A DNA stretch of 64,000 bases from Eledone cirrhosa (Eukaryota): the NCBI GenBank assembly GCA_964016885.1, contig OZ024741.1, forward strand, positions 111,290,001 through 111,354,000, written 5' to 3'. The notes beneath the pieces are model-generated. The model saw only the letters and a program-made list of their open reading frames with translations, was not told the DNA's origin and searched no databases. How positions within the stretch are numbered: the stretch's first letter is position 1; each line of letters opens with the position of its first letter. Below are positions 39,421-51,580 of the stretch, piece after piece. The position numbers and the translations under genes are program-made.

Positions 39421-39960
39421 AGACCAATGTCATATTACTGCAGGTGTGTGTGGGGGGGGGGGGGTACAACTGCAGCCCAGCAAATATTGTTGATGGAAAA
39501 TTTTAAATTTTCAAAAAAATGTTATATACTTTGATCGTTTATTTTAATTACATGAAACATAAGATATGTACAATATAATAATTGTTTCTGCTTTTGGCAC
39601 AAGACCAGCAATTATCCCAGTGCATTAATGAATAAAGATATCATAATAATGATTGGTGTGCATAAAAATGACACCTGTCTTCCTATATACAAAAAACACA
39701 TAAAAATAACGACATATTCGTATTCTACCTTATTATTATTATTTTCATTATCTTGAAATTGCGTTTTTTGACGAAAATTGTGAAGGTCAGCAACCACAAG
39801 AATGATAGGAGCAATACGCTTATGTATAAAACTAAAACTGATGATCATGTGATCACCACTTTATGCATCTTCATGTAACATCAGCAGAGATTATTAGCAT
39901 AAATAAATAAACATTAAATGTATTTTTTTGCCGTCAACTTATATATACATACAGATATAC

Positions 39961-40220
39961 ATCATCATCATCATCATCATTTTACGTCCGCTTTTCCCTG
40001 CTTGCAAGGGTGGGACGGGTCTTATTCAGCACAGCATCTCTCCACTCGTCACGGTCCTTCGTCATCTCCACCGTGAGCTTCAATGATCTGAGGTCTGTTC
40101 TCACCAACTCCGCCCATGTTTTTCGTGGTCTACCTCTACCATGTCTTCCTTCAACTGGCATTTCCTGGCACTTCTTCACGCATCGGTCATACTCCATGCG
40201 CATCACATGTCCATACCACC
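39961..40220 (-). mobile_element. RTE LINE (family A) extreme 3' end
   Basis: GRGRPRKTW...KTRPTLASREKRT* followed by (GAT)n. Confidence 0.85.
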
Positions 40221-40254
40221 ATACATATTTATATATTCATACATAAAGACAGAC

Positions 40255-41985
40255 ATATCAGCATCGTTTAACATTTATTTTTCATGCTTGTATGGGTTAG
40301 ACAGCTGTTGTGTGGTGAGGCTAGACTGGTTGGGTCACTAGGTCCTGCTCATACATTTTGTTTCGACTTGGTATCTATGGATGGATGCTCTTCCATCGTA
40401 CAGCGTGTGCTAGATGTATTTTATTGTGACTCTGGCACTACCACTTTACATGGTTAACTGTGAATATCAAGATGTCGGAAGGTGTAAGGGTAGTTGAGGG
40501 GAAGATTGGTGTAGATTAGTGTTCTCTAGATGTGTGCTTCATCCTGGGCACATGGGAAAGTGCGTCTTCTGTAGTACAGCATATCGATAGAGATCTTGAT
40601 CTTGTGTCATTGCCTTTGAGAGGTTTAATTATGCATAGTCAGCTTTTATCACCTCATCCCAAGCATTCCTGCACCTTTTTATATAGCTGTCGTCCTTCAT
40701 ATGCATCACATGTTCATACCAACACAATCTCCTTTCCTGCACACTGCATCTGATCCCTCTTATGCCCAGTTTCTCTCTCAGTTCATTTACATCTTGCCGT
40801 TCATGTATATTACTATTACACATCCGTCAGAACATGCAAGCTTCATTTCTTTCCAATCTTTGTAGGTCCTCTGTATCCAATCTCCAGGTCTTACTTCCAT
40901 ACAGCATTGCTGTTTGTACACAGTCATCATACAATCTACCTTTCATTTTGCAGGAAAAACCTGTAGTAGCTCCCTGAACTTTTTCCATCCTATTCTCAGT
41001 CTGGCTACTGTACTTTCAGAACAACCACCTCCACTGCTAATTTGGTCAACCAGGTAACAGAATCTATCAACTCATTCTACAGAGCCCTCTGAGCATTTGA
41101 TAGAGCTTGTTTCTTCTGGGCTCATGCTGCTTTCTGCTCCTGTGCAACAACCACATATAAAATTACATTCTTTCCTAGTCTGCCTGACATCGCACTACAT
41201 CTCTTGTGTGCCTATAGTTTACATTTGGGACATAGGATTGAATTTTTACCCACTCCTTTCCTTGCATACTGAGCAAGACAATTTCCCTGAAAGGATCAGG
41301 ACTTTGTTTCCCTTTCTATTTACTAGGACTTTAGTCTTTGCCAAGTTGACTAAGATTTTTTGATTCCAAGTTATGCTTCTAGGAGATTACATAGGCAGCC
41401 TGTTTTAAACTTTTCAGTGATAGCTTGGAGGATGATAATAAACAGGAGATGGCTATGAACAGGTCCCTGGTGGACCGCCACATGTATGCTAAACTCACTA
41501 TAATCATTGTTAATTCTAATTTTGCTGACTACTCCTCTGTATATGGCTTGTACTGCCCTCACAAGCCACTCATCTACTCCTAGTTTCTTAAGAGCCCACC
41601 AGATTATGGAAGGTAGGACTCTGTGAAATGCTTTCTCCAGGTCAACAAATGCCAAATAGAGGAGCTTACTTTTAGCTGCCTCACAAGAAAGAGGATAGCA
41701 GTGGTACTTTTACTTGGTACAAATCTGAATTGCATTTCATCTAGGTTAATTTGGTCCCTAATCAGCTGTGCAATAACTCTTTCTATAACTTTCATGACCT
41801 GATCCATTAACTTGATGTCTCTCTAGATTCCTCTGTCTAGTGCATCCCCTTTGCCCTTGTAGCAGTTGCGCTGCTGCTACACCACTCATTGGGTTTGACT
41901 TCATTTTGTATTACTTGGTTTACAATATGGGTGGTTAAGATGTATCCTACCTTTTCAGATACTTTCAGCATTTCAGCAACTAACC
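40255..41985 (-). mobile_element. Older RTE LINE fragment
   Basis: AFVDLEKAF, MDQVMKVIERV, degenerate PHD and C-terminus. Confidence 0.85.
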
Positions 41986-42042
41986 CATGTAAAAGTGTTT
42001 AATAGGATAATTAATGCCATTCTATTTATCTTTTTCAGCAAC

Positions 42043-42270
42043 ATGGGGAATTTTATGCAATGTATAACTAAAAGAAATAAATCAAAACAATCCCGTTCAG
42101 ACAAGTTTCATTTAATTAACACTTCCGAGGAAATGCTACTTATGAACCAAGAAGTACTAGATTCGAACTTGGTACAGTTTGGAGAATTGAAAGACTATGA
42201 GTACCCCTTTGAGAATTTGGTATTTGAGGGTGGAGGAAACAAAGGCATATCATATTGTGGCTGCTTAAAG
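42043..42270 (+). CDS. First coding exon of patatin-like phospholipase gene 2
   Basis: tttttcAG|CAAC ATG; MGNFMQC...YPFENLVFEGGGNKGISYCGCLK|GTgaga; patatin glycine-rich oxyanion loop. Confidence 0.9.
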
Positions 42271-42853
42271 GTGAGATTTTTTGTATTGTCATAAACTACA
42301 TATATTTATATTTGACTAAAGTCTTACATTATATACATCATCATTATCATAATCTTGTGTTCACTTTCTATGTTAGCATAGTTTGGATAGGACATCATAG
42401 TTTAAACTAGTTCTTATTTGGAGTGTTTGTGATAGACAGCTACATGCTCATTTTTGGTAAACTGATTGAATAGTAAAAAAAACAAAACAGTATAAATGGT
42501 GTTATGTGAGGGTAGGAAGTAGGATGGAAATAGGTGTAATAGAAGTGAGAGAGAGTGGCGGATGTCAACATCAAGTGATAGAGAAGAGAGTAGTGTGAGA
42601 GAGAGAGCATGTGATGGATAGTAATAAAGGTTGATTAACAGTAGTACTAACATAACATTATTCGCAATAAGGTGTATATGACACCATACATCATCATCAT
42701 TATTCACTTTATCCAGCAATGGGTCGTGTCCGTTGTAAAATATTTTGTTCTCTCCAGCTATCCTTTTCCAAAACATGCTCCTGTGTCAATCCCATTCTTG
42801 ACAGATATTCTTTTATGTTATGATTCCAATGTTTTCTGGTCCTTCCAACAGAT

Positions 42854-44761
42854 TGTAGCGGTTGTCTCCCTTGTTTGGATTAACATCTAGACGGGAAGTA
42901 GAACCCTTTCTGTAACTTCCGGCAGAGCCCTATAAAACGAATAGCTCTCGGCTCTCTGCCTCTCATTTGGCCTTCCGGCGCCTGGCCTTAGCCAGGCGTC
43001 CTCTGCCAGCCGCGTTTGCCTGGCAATCAAAACGGTAACGACTAACTTTGTTTTATTCTATCATCTATTTCTTTGACATGTCAACTATACTATCTACCAT
43101 TGTTAATTAAATATTATACACACAAACAATGTATTCCTTGTTGCATTCATACAACCCAGTATCCTCGCTATATTGGTAACCCTGACGTGATACGAACACG
43201 CAGCCGTTCATCGCTATAAGTGGTCACCCCCAAAAAAAGAAAAAATAGCAGATCTGGTGTTGTGTGAGTAACATTACGAATACACAGCAAATTTATCGAC
43301 AAACTATGAAAATACTCAAAGAAACGGACACACGCACATGTGAAATTTTCGCACAGACAGACTTTTTCTCTCACGCATCAACTAACTGTCGCATTTCACG
43401 ATATATATACATGTTTCTCGTTTCTTACAACGAACACTTTCAAAACACACAAAAAAAAAAGGAAATTTGATATTTTTTAAAAAAACATTTCAACAGGAAC
43501 ATTTATTTTAGATGAACCATTGCCTTTTTTTTTTTTCATCGTTTTCTTCATCGTTCAAGTTTTTTTTCCAAAGTTCACACCAATAATTATGCTGAGTGAA
43601 GCCTTTCTTTTTCATCATTGTCACTTTCACACTTGCACTATCATTTTCTCGCGCGTTAGAAATATTATTTTTTCAACCTTGTATTGGCACGTGTAGGCAG
43701 CACAAATTCTCGACTCACAGAGATAGCCGCACGCCAGAGATAACGTTTCTCGCCAAGGATTCTTCAGCCTTAAGCTATATTCTCCTATTTGCCGGTTTAA
43801 AAATTTACTACGTAAATTTGCCGTTGAAAACTGCGCATTTATTCAGAATGCTTATTTCTTTGGTCGCTGGCCTCTTGACCCTTCCAGGTCAACGCATTCT
43901 CAACATCGACCATCAACTTCGGCTGCTATTTCTAGCACTTTGCGCACCTTTTTTTTTCTGAAAAAAATTTTTTACTGTGAATTTAAACACCGAATACGCT
44001 CACTCAGCGAGACATCAACAGCAACACAGCTTCACCAACAACCAGAACAAGCCAGAGAATTTATTTTTGCAGCACTCTTCCTGTGAGAAAATCCATTCGG
44101 AGGTTGGAAATTTCACGATATACCACAGAACAGAAACCACCTGCATTCATTCTCTGGAACACACTTTCTTTCCTGCTGTCATGTGATTGCACACCTGTGA
44201 ACTATATTTTGTACAAGTGAACTTTGAGCCCTTCTCTTACTTTATTACATTGTATCTTTGGGTGATGGATAGATAGATGTCCAGTCGTTCTCTGGCCAAG
44301 AGCAGTTGGCTACCTTGATATCTATCATTGATTTTTGCAAACATTCTTTTGTCGTAATTTTCATGCCTGTTACAACATTCTCGCCAACTTGCTACATATT
44401 TTCATTCGATTTTTATATCCTAAAATTCTGGCGGGAGGTTATGTAGCGGTTGTCTCCCTTGTTTGGATTAACATCTAGACGGGAAGTAGAACCCTTTCTG
44501 TAACTTCCGGCAGAGCCCTATAAAACGAATAGCTCTCGGCTCTCTGCCTCTCATTTGGCCTTCTGGCGCCTGGCCTTAGCCAGGCGTCCTCTGCCAGCCG
44601 CGTTTGCCTGGCAATCAAAACGGTAACGACTAACTTTGTTTCATTCTATCATCTATTTCTTTGACATGTCAACTATACTATCTACCATTGTTAATTAAAT
44701 ATTATCTACACAAACAATGTCTCGTTTTGTTACATTCATACAACCCAGTATCCTCGCTATA
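42854..44761 (+). mobile_element. Non-autonomous Gypsy-type LTR retrotransposon 2 (intron of gene 2)
   Basis: Near-identical LTRs 42854-43172 and 44442-44761 (TGTAGCG...CGCTATA); 4-bp TSD AGAT; tRNA-Trp PBS from 43174; PPT GGCGGGAGG; internal region of about 1.27 kb without a pol ORF. Confidence 0.92.
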
Positions 44762-45907
44762 AGATCTTCTGCCATATATTTCCATCTTCCATGCTTGTTT
44801 GACTGGGTTATTTTTACTCATCTTGATAATATGCCCAAACCACCTTAATCACATCATTCGAATCCTCTCAATTATAGGGTCTACATCCATTTCTTTTCTA
44901 ATATCTTCACCTCTAGTATGATCCAACAAGGCAACTCCTTTTATTCTCCAAAGTATTCTCATTTCAGTGACTTCCAAGATGTTTTCCACCTTTGTTTTTA
45001 AAGTCCCTGTAGACAGAAACTGTGTGGAAGGAGATTGGGGAAACAGTACCTGTAATTCAAAAATCCACCCTATTGCATTGTGTCAGGCTGATTCTGTTTG
45101 AGAATTATGTTAATGATACATATGTCTGTGGAATACTCAACCACTAATATGTTAATTTAACAATATACCAATTAGTTCAAGCAAGTGAACGCTTATTGTT
45201 GAAATTGATGGAGGGTCTATCATTTTGATAGAGAGCATTACACAGAGAAGTAGAGTGATAGGTAGGAAATAGTAGAGGAGATTTAAAATGGACAGAACTA
45301 ATGCTATCCCTTATTACAGTCTGTATGGTACAGTGATAAAATAGAGGAGATTTAAAATGGACAGATCTAATGCTGTACTTATTACACAATCTGTATGGTA
45401 CAGTGATAGGAGAGGTGGTGACTGATAGGTAAGGTAAAGGCTTATAACTCTTGATGGAGTTGTAGGGGCACTGTCCTGACACATAGTGTTTCTTGGACAT
45501 TTTAAACCTGGCGGAACATATCTTTCCAGGGCAGAACACAACTGTTTTCTTCCAAAGAAAGAGACAGAAGAAGAACCAATCCCATATTGGACTGGTAATT
45601 TATTTATTGATTTTGGAAAGATGAAAGGCAAGTTGACTTTAGCAAGGTTTGAACTCAGAGCACAGTGAGTTGGAACAAATATCGAAGCATTTTTAATTCA
45701 CTGCATTAACTACTCTGCTATTTCAGCACCTTGGTGAGTGATAGATAAGAGAGTAACAGACAGAGGGTACTTAAGATGAACATTCAGTATTTTACCTATT
45801 CTTGAATGTAAAATGAAAACGAGGAAAAAACATCCTCAATGTTGATGAATATGTTTACCCTACACATTTTTTATAATTGAATATTGTTTTCTTGCTTTAT
45901 TTGAAAG

Positions 45908-46055
45908 GTACTAGAAGAACTTGGTGTCCTAAATAACACTAAAAGACTGGCTGGTGCCAGTGCTGGGGCAATGGTAGCAGCATTAGTCAGTGTGGGTGTT
46001 TCAAGCAATGAACTTTTGAACTATTTAAGTCAAGACATTGGAAAAATGATGCTTG
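45908..46055 (+). CDS. Second coding exon of gene 2 (catalytic Ser motif)
   Basis: gaaAG|GTA CTA GAA...CTT G|GTaagt; VLEELGVLNNTKRLAGASAGAMVAALVSVG...; G-x-S-x-G motif, in frame with the previous exon. Confidence 0.9.
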
Positions 46056-46062
46056 GTAAGTA

Positions 46063-46812
46063 ATACTGTAATATTTTAGTGGGAAGGTGTGGCTATATCA
46101 TATGGTACTGTAATATTTTAGTGGGAAGGTGTGGCTATATCATATAGTACTGTAATATTTTGGTGGGAAGGTGTGGCTATATCATATAGTACTGTAATAT
46201 TTTAGTGGGAAGGTGTGGCTATATCATATAGTACTGTAATATTTTAGTGGGAAGGTGTGGCTATATCATATAGTACTGTAATATTTTGGTGGGAAGGTGT
46301 GGCTATATCATATGGTACTGTAACATTTTGGTGGGAAGGTGTGGCTATATCATATGGTACTGTAATATTTTGGTGGGAAGGTGTGGCTATATCATATAGT
46401 ACTGTAATATTTTAGTGGGAAGGTGTGGCTATATCATATGGTACTGTAACATTTTGGTGGGAAGGTGTGGCTATATCATATAGTACTGTAATATTTTGGT
46501 GGGAAGGTGTGGCTATATCATATAGTACTGTAATATTTTGGTGGCAAGGTGTGGCTATATCATATGGTACTGTAACATTTTGGTGGGAAGGTGTGGCTAT
46601 ATCATATAGTACTGTAATATTTTGGTGGGAAGGTGTGGCTATATCATATAGTACTGTAATATTTTGGTGGGAAGGTGTGGCTATATCATATGGTACTGTA
46701 ATATTTTAGTGGGAAGGTGTGGCTATATCATATAGTACTGTAATATTTTGGTGGGAAGGTGTGGCTATATCATATAGTACTGTAATATTTTGGTGGGAAG
46801 GTGTGGCTATAT
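46063..46812. repeat. 42-bp minisatellite, about 18 copies
   Basis: Unit TAATATTTT(A/G)GTGGGAAGGTGTGGCTATATCATAT(A/G)GTACTG. Confidence 0.95.
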
Positions 46813-46863
46813 ACATACTTTGATTACCTATACAGGCAATATTTATTGTAATGCACAGCCTTT

Positions 46864-47203
46864 CATCATCATCATTTCATTTTACGTCCGCTTTTCCCTG
46901 CTTGCAAGGGTGGGACGGGAACTGATTCTGGCTAGATTTCTACAGCTGGATGCCCTTCCTAACACCAACCTCATTTACAGTGAGTGCTGGGTGCTTTTTT
47001 GCTGTGGCACCTCCACGACCACTTTGCAGTGGAATGATAGGGACCCCAGTCCCTATCATCTCATTTCTACAGCTGAGTAAACGGGAGCAATGTGAAATAA
47101 AGTGTCTTGCTCAAGGAAACAACACATCACCCAGTCTGAGAATTGAACTCACAATCTTTCGATTGCAAGGCCAATGCTCTAACCACTAAGCCATGTGCCT
47201 CCT
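46864..47203 (-). mobile_element. CORE-type SINE with RTE tail (same family as 26281-26622)
   Basis: Reverse-complement match to 26281-26622. Confidence 0.88.
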
Positions 47204-47671
47204 TTATGTATACATTTTCTTGGAACACCCTGTATATCATCATCATCACTTAGTGTCCATCTTCCATGCTAGCATGGATTAGACTAGTTTGTCCGATTTG
47301 AGGCAAGTTGGGTTGGGTGACCGTGTCTCACTCATATAGAACTGTTTCTGGCTGGTTTTCTACGGCTGGATGCCCTTCCTAGTGCCAACCACATTTACAG
47401 TGTGTGCTGGGTGCTTTTTACTGTGTCTCCTACACGACCACTTTACAGTGTGGACTGGGTGCATTTTATCGAGACACCTACATGACCACTTTAGTGTGCA
47501 AACTGCATCTGATCCGTCTTATTACTAATTTCTCACTATATATATAAGAACAAAGTGAAGGTGTTACATATGAGTCCGTTGGATTCTAGGCCCGTGATTG
47601 GTCATTTTATAGACTTGTTTAGGTCTGGCTGGTTCGTCTTCAGATTTGACGTGATTTTTGTTGAGTAACCA

Positions 47672-47757
47672 CTGGTCTGAGGATCAGGCAGATTTGGAGT
47701 CTGGTCTAGGATGACCCCAGATCATGAGCCGGCATCCTGGGAAACATTTGTAACCGG
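47672..47757 (+). ncRNA. Candidate type I hammerhead ribozyme with enlarged stem II
   Basis: CTGGT-CTGAGGA-TCAGG...CCTGG-GAAA-C-ATTT-GTA-ACCGG. Confidence 0.55.
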
Positions 47758-48534
47758 GTTGAGCATCGACTGCTGACATTGGTACTCTCACCAGGTTTCT
47801 TTGAACTTACTGAAACATTTGCACACACACACACACATACACACATATATGTATATGTATGTATATATATTACACCTCTCAAAGGCGATGACACACGACC
47901 GTGAGCTCAGGCATCACACGGTAATACAGAAGACCCAACCCCCCATGGGTACAAGCCGAAGCTGAAGCATATAGACAATATGCTCAGACACCCTCCCACT
48001 GAAAAGTGGTCGTGGAGGTGCCACGTCAAAAAAGCACCCGGCCCACACTGTAAAGTGGACGTGTAGGTGCCACAGAAAAAAAGCACCCAGCACTCACTGT
48101 AAATGAGGTTGGTGTTAGGAAGGGCATCCAGCTGTAGAAATCAAGCCAGAATCAGTTCTTGCATGAGCAAGACATGGTCAGCCGACCGGGCACTGCCCAC
48201 AACAGGACAACCCGTCTAATCCATGCTAGCGTGGAAGAACGGACGTAAAACAGGGATGATGATGATGATAATATATGTATGTATGTATATATATGTATAT
48301 ATATATATATATATATATGTATTTATATTTCCTTTCTGAATTTGTTTAGCAAGATTCTTCATCTGAAAACATGTTGAAACTGATATTATTATACTTTGGG
48401 AGGGTCACGTTGCCAATAAGAAACACATGCACCAGTCGCTTTCACTCCAATTTAAAAAAATAAAAATAAAATTTTTTTTTTATAAATTTCCGGTTGGTTG
48501 GTTGGTTCCACAACCAGACGGTTGTTCATATATT

Positions 48535-48577
48535 GTCAAAGTTCTTTCGTCACACATTCTGTGACCTCTTCAGTGAC
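48535..48577 (-). ncRNA. Minimal hammerhead ribozyme in the PLE pseudo-LTR
   Basis: On the - strand: GTCA-CTGAAGA-G-GTCACA(gaatg)TGTGAC-GAAA-GAA-CTT-TGAC. Confidence 0.7.
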
Positions 48578-51388
48578 TGGGGATTCTTTTCTTTGTTTTG
48601 TGCCTTTGTTTTGTCTTACGCCATCTTGTTTTTGTGTGTGTTGTGTGCTTAGTTTGCGCATGTGTTACATCCGGGTGTCTATGTGTGTTTTTATTTGTTT
48701 ATTTACATGTTACTGGTTGGTTGTTTGTTCTATGTGTGTGTGTTTTCATTTTGTCCTTAATTGTAAGTTGTGATGTTGTTATTCCATTCATGTTTTCTAT
48801 TTAATTTTGGTTGGAGTTCATTTATGTTTATTGCCTCTGATTTGTCTAAACATTGCGTCTTTTCTGTGTGTAGATTTTATTTTTATTTCTATGTTCTCTA
48901 ATTTGCCCTTATGTTCTATTTTAGCATGTTGGTGGAGTATTGATGATTCTTTTCTATCTTGAAGCTCTCGCCAGTGTTCATTTAACCGTTCTCCTATACT
49001 ACGAGCTGTCTCACCTATGTACACTATATTCTTATCTTTACATTGTCCTTCAGTACATCTTATGCTATATACTATGTTTCTAGTTTTACAGTTAATATGG
49101 GGTCTTAGTTTACAGATTATGCATTTCTTATCTATACAGGAAGGTCTTTGAAAAGGGTATGTATTACTAATAAGTGTTTTTATGGAGGTACTTGGTCTTT
49201 CTACTATCTTAATATTAAGTTTAAGTTTATCTAGGGTCCTTCTAAATTTGTAAGCTAATTCACCTCTAGGGGTTGTATTGATGAACATTACATTCTGGTA
49301 TTTATTGCTATCATACCATGAGTTTATTCTATTAACCTTATTCCTAATTCTTTCTATTCTATTCCAAAATTTGCTCCTATACAAGGAGCAGGTCCCATTT
49401 GTATAATTATTTACCATTTTTTCCCATTTGGTTCTGGCTCCTCTATATACTCTGATTTTATCTCTCTGATTGTAACCAGAGAACTGCATACGGTGGATGA
49501 AGTGTTGTATGTGTCTCTCTAGTTCTTTGGGGTTGCACATGCAGGACACGTTTCTTATCACCCGTACTAAATCCGCAATCAGTATGTTGATTTTGGTGTG
49601 ATCCGAAACAGCTGAGTTTCGGTGTATCAGATATTTGAAAGTCATGGGTTTGGCATAATGGGAATGGAGGATTTTTTTTTTGTTATTAATGGTTTCTAAT
49701 CAGAGCTCTGTGTCTAGTACAGGTAACCGATGGTTGGGGTGTTTGCTTGGGTAGTCTATAGTAACTCTAATACTCTGGTGGATGGAGTTAGCTATTTGCT
49801 GGATGCTTTCCATGGTGTTTTTCTCTAATTCCTGACTGTTCTCTAGTGTGGGTGTTTTTACTACGATGTTTATATCATCAACGTAGCGAGAGTACATTAT
49901 CATGGTTAAGAGGTTGCTGTCTTCTAATTGTTCTTTAAGTTTATTGTCACACCATACCATGAAAAGGTTAGCTGCAATGCTAACACCAATGGCTGCTCCC
50001 TCCTCTTGGGCATATGTTCTTCGATTAAATTTGAACTTATGTTCCTTAAAGGTTAGTTTTATACTGGCCCCCATCGCATGTGCAATCATTTTCTTTAGTT
50101 CATTGTGGTTTTCGGGAGTCTGTATTGCTCTGGTCCACCCGTTCCGTCTTTCTGTGTGGGTTTTCTTGGCCATTGAGGTAATGGTAGGTGGTCTGCCTCT
50201 TGCTGGTCTTGTGGAGCAGAGGTTGTTAAGGTCATACATATCTTGATAATCATTACTATAAGTTTAAGTAGGAGTCCCAGCTCACTGGTATCAATTCCAC
50301 GGAATTCAACATTGCTCTCACTGATCATTTCTACGCATTTCTCCACAGCAAAATCCACGTCAATGGATGGATATAGGGATGCAACATCCATACTACCTAT
50401 TATACAGTCTATTAGGCCCCTAGATCGGTTATTTTCGCTGATTCTGCTGAGGATGTCCTCCGTGCTGTCACATATATCCAGGGACATTTCAATGATGGGG
50501 CGTATGATCAGGGAGAGGAAGTAGGAAAGTCTGTAGTTACTAGCAATGTTAACTCCACAGACTGGCCGTGTTGGTGGTCTTGTAACTGGGTCACTGTTCG
50601 TCTTATGGTCTTTTCGAAGCCCATACAACGCTGGCACGTCATTGTTCCAGGCCTGGAAGTTGTTGGCAGTCCGTTTATTGGGCTGCATTATGTTTGTCCA
50701 CATCATCATATGAGCATTGAGGGTTTTCTCCCTATCCTCATGCTCTTGTGGTGTTACTTCTCTTGTGTTAGTGATGTGGGGTTGCATTGCCTGGATGTAG
50801 TTTGACAGACCGTCAACCGACATTCTGCCAGACTTGTCTGTTGGAAAGCATACAATCTCTCCATTACGTGAGCGCTGCATGAGTTTACGCAAGCCATTTG
50901 CAGATTTTTCTCCCAGTTGCTGGGCCTCCATTCTATTTTGCTTCTTGCTATACTGTTCTATAATATTTCTAATTTTAGATCTTGCTATACTAAATTGTGC
51001 TTCTGTTTGTTCATCGACCTGCGATGGCAATTGCGTGTATTTGTTAAAAGCTAAAGTCGTGGCGTGGACTCGTCGCAGGTCGAAGGACATATCCGAAGGG
51101 TTTATAAAAAGTAGAATTCCAGGCTGCTGCTTTATGTGTACTATTGCTGTTGTTATTGTTAGTTGTGTTGTTTCTATTTCTATTTTCACCAACAGCCTCA
51201 TGGTTGTTTCTATGTCTCTCATTATTACTCCTGTCTCTTTCCTCTGGCTCATTGTTATTATCTACTCTATTTTGTGTGTCTGTGTGTTCGTCCTGGTTAT
51301 TTTCTCTGTCAGTATCGGTAGTCTCCCTTCTTATTTCAATCCCATTACCTTCCCTTACTTCTATGTTACTGTCATTATCTGTTTTCTG

Positions 51389-51580
51389 AGAGGGCGGTGA
51401 ATTGGCAGTATCGGTAGAGGGTTGCACGCCATGCTTTGACGCATAGAGTTACGGTCCTTGCCATTTTCAGTTCAAATCCCACCGAGGTTAACTTAGCTTT
51501 TCATCCTTACGGGGTCGATAAAATAAGGTACCAGTAATGTACTGGGATAATTGCTGGCCTTGTACCAATAGTAGAAACAA
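51389..51580 (+). mobile_element. MetaSINE-like SINE nested in the Penelope-like ORF
   Basis: 15-bp TSD ATTATCTGTTTTCTG at 51374-51388 and 51580-51594. Confidence 0.9.

Noticed and set aside
46063-46812. Regular repeat array resembling a CRISPR array or a Trp-rich repeat ORF (46425-46709)
   Set aside because: The units are contiguous with no unique spacers, there are no cas genes, and some units contain in-frame stops. It is an intronic minisatellite.
49700-49702. In-frame TGA in the Penelope-like ORF as possible selenocysteine (reported for some Naiad PLEs)
   Set aside because: The inverted copy has TGG (53014-53016) at this codon, so it is a Trp-to-stop mutation.
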